From a plasmid, in the sequence record NZ_CP118102.1: a DNA stretch of 64,000 nucleotides. One strand, given 5' to 3'. The position numbers and the translations under genes are program-made. The first letter of the stretch is position 1. Every line of letters begins with the position of its first letter. The notes below the pieces were generated by a model. The model saw only the letters and a program-made list of their open reading frames with translations, did not search any database and was not told the DNA's origin. Below are positions 59,781 through 64,000 of the stretch, piece after piece.

Positions 59781-60164
59781 TTGAGCAAGAACAAAAAAGT
59801 TGTTTTGGTAAGTGTAGGAGCATTACTGCTTCTAATTGCTTCGGTTATTTTTTTTCGGAGCCCCACAAAAGAATTGCAGCCTGAGCCAAGCCCATCACTT
59901 GTACATACAGAAGAAAGCCAAGAATCTCATGGTATCTCTTCAGAGGAATACAGCGATTCTCACGACAGAGTGGCTAAGGTAATCGATGACGCAACAAACG
60001 CAATAGCGGAACGAGCTCCTGGTTGGTGGGACAAAATCGAATCATGGTGGGATTGGTTCCTCGGGTTTAAAACGCATCATGCCATTATTTTAGCTATAGT
60101 TGCATTGTTCATTATTGGTGTCGTCTTCAATCCGAAAAACCGTGATCAGTCTCGAAATCGATAG
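59781..60164 (+). CDS. Small membrane protein (T4SS accessory candidate)
   Basis: N-terminal TM, acidic Ser-rich middle, W-rich segment and a second TM. Confidence 0.35.
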   Translation: MSKNKKVVLVSVGALLLLIASVIFFRSPTKELQPEPSPSLVHTEESQESHGISSEEYSDSHDRVAKVIDDATNAIAERAPGWWDKIESWWDWFLGFKTHHAIILAIVALFIIGVVFNPKNRDQSRNR

Positions 60165-60177
60165 GGGGTGATAATCT

Positions 60178-61302
60178 TTGGGACTATTCAGAAAAAGCAA
60201 AATAATAGATACAGATGAACCAGTAGCAACTACGGATTCTGTAAAGAAGACAGCTGAGAGGTTGAAGTCTGACAAGGCAATAAAGGAACGAGCTCCAAAA
60301 TCAAGGACTGGAATGAAATTACTTAGAACGTGCGTTTGGATATTCGTCGGTTTTATCCTCATCAAAGGGTGCATGTCATTTGTTCAAGGTACACGTGTGG
60401 TAAACCAGACCATCATTAATGGAGAAACCGCTCCTGTAATTGAAGAAAGAGTTAAAGGATTCGCCGCGGATTATGCTTCAGAATACTTCACCTGGAATAT
60501 GAATAACTTCTCTGAGCGTTCAACACGATTGGCTGCTTTTGTGTCGGGCATTGATTCAGATGCAGGAATAAAATCTCTAGACGTTAAAGGATCAAGTCGT
60601 GTCCTGACAACAGAAGTATTTGATGCAAAACAACTAAACGAAAATCAAGTGGAAGTAACAGTGATGGTAAGAAGAGAAGTTGAAATTCCTACTGAACCAT
60701 CAAGCACAACACCTACGAATAATATTGAGAGTACTGAAAGAGCAGTATCAATAAACAAAGTCTACATGGTTGTACCAGTGACTGTAGCAGAAGAGGGGTT
60801 GGTAATCCGGTCGTATCCTCGGTTTGTTACCGAATTACCAAAAGGGGAAGCAACAACTACCTCGATAGGCCCATCAGTCTCCGACACAAATACGCTTGCT
60901 TTAGCGAAAGAATTAACCGGCAGCTTCCTTAGTGCTTGGTACGAAGGAAATGCTAGTCAGTTGCGTTATTTCTACTCAATTGCGGATGATGCTCCAAAAT
61001 CTCTGATCAAATCTTCATTCGTATTTGACCGAGTTGAAAGCCTCAATATGTACCGTATCGAAGATCAAAGTGAAACAATGAGAATTCAAGCGACAGTCAT
61101 CTTAAAAAGCGACATTGGCGAGTCATTTACTAACGCATGGTCACTCGACGTAACTGAGAAAGATGGCCGATTATATGTTCTTAAATCCTCCCAGGAAACC
61201 GAAAAAAATGATTCTGCCGTAGAGGAACAATTGACTGAAGAGCCACAACCGAATGTAGAAGAAACAACTCAGGTGCTGCCTGAGCCCAATAATGCAAATT
61301 AA
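60178..61302 (+). CDS. VirB8/ConB-like bitopic T4SS protein (candidate)
   Basis: Cytoplasmic N-terminus, a single TM (LLRTCVWIFVGFILI), and a ~300-aa extracytoplasmic domain. Position is upstream of the VirB3/VirB4-like genes. Confidence 0.4.
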   Translation: MGLFRKSKIIDTDEPVATTDSVKKTAERLKSDKAIKERAPKSRTGMKLLRTCVWIFVGFILIKGCMSFVQGTRVVNQTIINGETAPVIEERVKGFAADYASEYFTWNMNNFSERSTRLAAFVSGIDSDAGIKSLDVKGSSRVLTTEVFDAKQLNENQVEVTVMVRREVEIPTEPSSTTPTNNIESTERAVSINKVYMVVPVTVAEEGLVIRSYPRFVTELPKGEATTTSIGPSVSDTNTLALAKELTGSFLSAWYEGNASQLRYFYSIADDAPKSLIKSSFVFDRVESLNMYRIEDQSETMRIQATVILKSDIGESFTNAWSLDVTEKDGRLYVLKSSQETEKNDSAVEEQLTEEPQPNVEETTQVLPEPNNAN

Positions 61303-61320
61303 TGAAAGGATGTTAACTAA

Positions 61321-61626
61321 ATGAAGATGTTTAAAAAGGATTTAATGATCCGTACTACATTAATGTCAAGTGCTCTTATGCTGATAGCTACTCCTGCTTT
61401 TGCAAGTGGTCCAGGAGTAAAGTTAGGTGATTGGCTTGAAACTAATATTGGTGGAGTTGTACCAGGAATCCTGATTGCTATCGGTGTTTATCATCTAATC
61501 AAACGCGATTGGATGAAACTAATCAGTTTTGTTGCAATTGCACTTGTAGTAGCTATCCTGATGAACTGGTCTGATGTACAAAAGCTAGCTAAGTACTTCT
61601 TTGACCAAATCTTCGGAGGCATCTAA
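61321..61626 (+). CDS. Small secreted/membrane protein (signal peptide + 2 TM; pilin/VirB2-like or holin-like candidate)
   Basis: AFASGP signal peptide, then two hydrophobic helices. Confidence 0.35.
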   Translation: MKMFKKDLMIRTTLMSSALMLIATPAFASGPGVKLGDWLETNIGGVVPGILIAIGVYHLIKRDWMKLISFVAIALVVAILMNWSDVQKLAKYFFDQIFGGI

Positions 61627-62031
61627 ATGAGTGATAGACAATCAGAATCCCCACGAGTAACCGTATCTAATTACTCAAAGATATGGACCTGGGATTGGGT
61701 TATTTACGCTTTTGAAGGCAAGAAGTTACCGGTGCCTGCGAATGTTCGAGCTATCGGCACATTCTTCGCTTGTCTAGTATTTTGGTCGATTTTCGGTAAA
61801 ATATTATTTTTCCTGCCAGATGCTTATATTTATGTAGTCCTCCCATTTGTCTCTGCCTGGTTAATCATGAAACAAAAACTTGATGGGAAAGCGCCACATA
61901 AATGGCTACTTTCAATGATATTTCACTGGATAAGACCAAAACATCTTCGAAGATATCGACCGATTCAACACAATAAGCGATATACCTACGGCAGCAAAGT
62001 GGTTTATCGTACTCACCGGGAGCGTGCTTAA
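61627..62031 (+). CDS. VirB3/ConD-like small membrane protein (candidate)
   Basis: Two TM helices. Immediately precedes the VirB4-like ATPase gene, the canonical VirB3-VirB4 order. Confidence 0.4.
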   Translation: MSDRQSESPRVTVSNYSKIWTWDWVIYAFEGKKLPVPANVRAIGTFFACLVFWSIFGKILFFLPDAYIYVVLPFVSAWLIMKQKLDGKAPHKWLLSMIFHWIRPKHLRRYRPIQHNKRYTYGSKVVYRTHRERA

Positions 62032-62067
62032 TACGCGCTCCTCTTTTTTAATAAGGAGGGTAGAACT

Positions 62068-64000
62068 ATGGGTGTGGAAGTGACTAAGCGACCAAATAAA
62101 ATAAACGTTGAGTTCCCTATTGCTTACTTTGAAGGAAACTTAATATTTAATCATAACAAGCAGGTGTGGGCCGTATATGAGCTAGATCCTTTCATATATG
62201 ACCATCAGAGTGACCAACAAAAAATAGATCGTCTGATTGCCCAAACCTCTTTCCTAAGCATGTTAACGGACCAATTCCAAATCCTATGGTTACCTAAAGC
62301 CCATGACATTGCTAAGCACCATGAAAAGCTTAGACAACGAAATACTGGACCGCTTAAAAGTTGGGGGAACAGGTATATCTCCGGAATGGAAGATTATCTA
62401 GGCGAAGCATACAACACATCGGATGGATCCAATAATGCGGAATATCGTCCCTATGTTGTTGTATACATCCCCAAGAGTGATGATAAGGATCTGGTAGAAC
62501 AAATAGAGAACGTATATACCGAAATGAAGAAAATGATTCTTCATCCTAAACGTTTTATTGAACATATTTCAGGTCTTAATGAACCAGAAATTTTCGAACA
62601 TGAATACCAGGCTTATATGGTAAAGGAGCGGCAAATATACGATCGTATTTCCCGCAGAATCAAAGTAAAACGAGGAACTCCTGCAACAACAGAGTGGCTA
62701 ATCAAGCGTAACTTCTGGTGGGGGATATCGGATCCAGTTCTCCGTTCGACGAAAGACAAACCATGGACTCCAAAGAAAAGAAAAGGAAACCGCGGCGGTC
62801 TTGATACATTCTTATATGACTCAAGACAAATTATCACTTTGACTGAGGCTGAAATTGATGGATCGCATCCTCGTAGATTGCAGATTAATCAGCCCCATGA
62901 AGGCCAGGACGATTACATCTACCATACGTATCTTACCGTTTCTGAACTTCCAGATAATATGGATATGCCGGGAAGTGAGTGGCTTTACAGTGCAGCTACA
63001 TTGCCATTTCCAGTTCAAATGAGCATTAAAGTGGAAGTGATAGAAGCACCTGAAGCAATTAAGAAACTAGCAAAGAAAAAAACTGACATCGACAACCAGG
63101 TAAAGAACGTGCATGAAGCTGGTGCAACCGTACCTCTTGAACTTGCTGAAAAGCAAGAAAGGGCATTACTGCTCGAAGACGAGTATAAGAAAAGAAAGAA
63201 CCAAACCTTCATTACACATATTACCTTTGGGCTGTACCATACGGATATTAATCTCTTAAAAAGTAATGCCAAGATATTGCAGGATCATTTCAGAGATTTC
63301 GGAAACATACATGTTGAATTACCTGCAGGTGATCAATGGTTACTCTTTAATGATTTTATCCCTGGATCCCCCCGCTATGTTTCAGACTATATTCAAAGAA
63401 TCCCTCCTGAAACATTGGCTTCCGGAATGTTTGGGGCAACTCAACAGTTAGGAGATAACATTGGGGTCTATATAGGCACAACGGGGTCATTACAACAACC
63501 TGTATTTGTTGATCTTAGGCACGCTAGCCAAATCAATAGATCACCGTCTTTTACCATAAGCGGAACACTCGGAGGCGGTAAATCCGTCCTGCTAAACTTG
63601 TTAGGATATATTAACGCAGTATGCGGAGGAAAAACTCTAATATTCGACCCTAAGGGTGAACGTTCTCATTGGCCGGATATGCTGCCTGAGCTAAAAGGAC
63701 AAATTCAAGTGGCTACCTTATCTGCTTCTCATGAGGATCAAGGGAAGCTGGATCCTTTTGTGATGCTACAAAATATTGAAGATGCTAAAGAAGCAGCGAT
63801 GGACATTTTATCATACTTAGCATCTGTACAGAGTGATCGGGTAGAGTACAGTTACATATCTCAAGCGGTCACAAGAGTAGCTTCCGAACCGAAACCTTAC
63901 TTAAAAAAATGTATTGATGTCCTGCGACAAATGGGTGAGACTAGACAACCGGCTGCTGTGGTAGCTGAAGTACTCGACAGTTTCAGTAACTTATCATTTG
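62068..64000 (+). CDS. VirB4/ConE/TcpF-family conjugative ATPase (partial, runs off the window end)
   Basis: ATG with an aaggagg RBS. The open frame runs to the window end. P-loop ISGTLGGGKSVLLN followed by LIFDPKGE, as in VirB4-type ATPases. Confidence 0.55.
   Translation, partial: MGVEVTKRPNKINVEFPIAYFEGNLIFNHNKQVWAVYELDPFIYDHQSDQQKIDRLIAQTSFLSMLTDQFQILWLPKAHDIAKHHEKLRQRNTGPLKSWGNRYISGMEDYLGEAYNTSDGSNNAEYRPYVVVYIPKSDDKDLVEQIENVYTEMKKMILHPKRFIEHISGLNEPEIFEHEYQAYMVKERQIYDRISRRIKVKRGTPATTEWLIKRNFWWGISDPVLRSTKDKPWTPKKRKGNRGGLDTFLYDSRQIITLTEAEIDGSHPRRLQINQPHEGQDDYIYHTYLTVSELPDNMDMPGSEWLYSAATLPFPVQMSIKVEVIEAPEAIKKLAKKKTDIDNQVKNVHEAGATVPLELAEKQERALLLEDEYKKRKNQTFITHITFGLYHTDINLLKSNAKILQDHFRDFGNIHVELPAGDQWLLFNDFIPGSPRYVSDYIQRIPPETLASGMFGATQQLGDNIGVYIGTTGSLQQPVFVDLRHASQINRSPSFTISGTLGGGKSVLLNLLGYINAVCGGKTLIFDPKGERSHWPDMLPELKGQIQVATLSASHEDQGKLDPFVMLQNIEDAKEAAMDILSYLASVQSDRVEYSYISQAVTRVASEPKPYLKKCIDVLRQMGETRQPAAVVAEVLDSFSNLSF

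Noticed and set aside
1-64000. CRISPR arrays, rRNA and tRNA genes
   Set aside because: No regularly spaced short direct repeats, rRNA-like conserved blocks or cloverleaf-like GC-rich 75-nt segments were recognised by eye. A tRNAscan/Infernal run would be needed to exclude small RNAs.

Overview
This window looks like a Firmicute (Bacillaceae/Paenibacillaceae-like) chromosome segment with an unusually dense mosaic of accessory DNA. All calls rest on reading motifs in the supplied translations and sequence; no searches could be run.

- **1-480:** the 5' end of a probable group II intron on the minus strand.
- **0.6-9.2 kb:** a copper-homeostasis neighbourhood. It holds copZ-copA with a CsoR-type operator palindrome, an OmpR/HK two-component pair, a CopL/YdhK-like Met/His-rich lipoprotein, and a Csp3/YhjQ-like Cys-rich copper storage protein. 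An NlpC/P60 hydrolase follows, preceded by a candidate c-di-AMP (ydaO-type) leader.
- **9.4-11.0 kb:** an IS110-family element inserted precisely into a ~145-bp terminator-containing repeat. A second, intact copy of that repeat sits at 20.8 kb. The two copies bracket an arsenic/organoarsenical island of arsR-arsB-arsC plus a PTP-like gene, a divergent arsR-trxB-PAT/GNAT (ArsN-like) operon, a MarR regulator and two flavoproteins with vicinal-Cys pairs, an ArsO-like monooxygenase and an MFS pump. A conserved operator palindrome is present four times in this last cluster.
- **Around 24 kb:** a second IS110-family element.
- **25.5-31 kb:** a WxL/csc-type cell-surface cluster, including a 1052-aa RCC1-repeat WxL protein.
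- **32.1-33.9 kb:** a GGDEF + HD-GYP c-di-GMP pair.
- **38.4-48.8 kb:** a Tad/Flp-like (type IVc) pilus biogenesis operon.
- **48.9-64 kb:** a plasmid/ICE-like module with a VirD4-type coupling protein, VirB8/VirB3/VirB4-like Gram-positive T4SS genes, two replication-relaxation family proteins, a TubZ/TubR tubulin-like partition pair flanked by iterons, and a CCCCCTCC / ATATCTCTC iteron field.

No rRNA, tRNA or CRISPR arrays were recognised. The most novel-looking content is the Tad-like pilus operon fused to a Gram-positive conjugation/partition module, and the vicinal-cysteine MarR/flavoprotein regulon inside the ars island.
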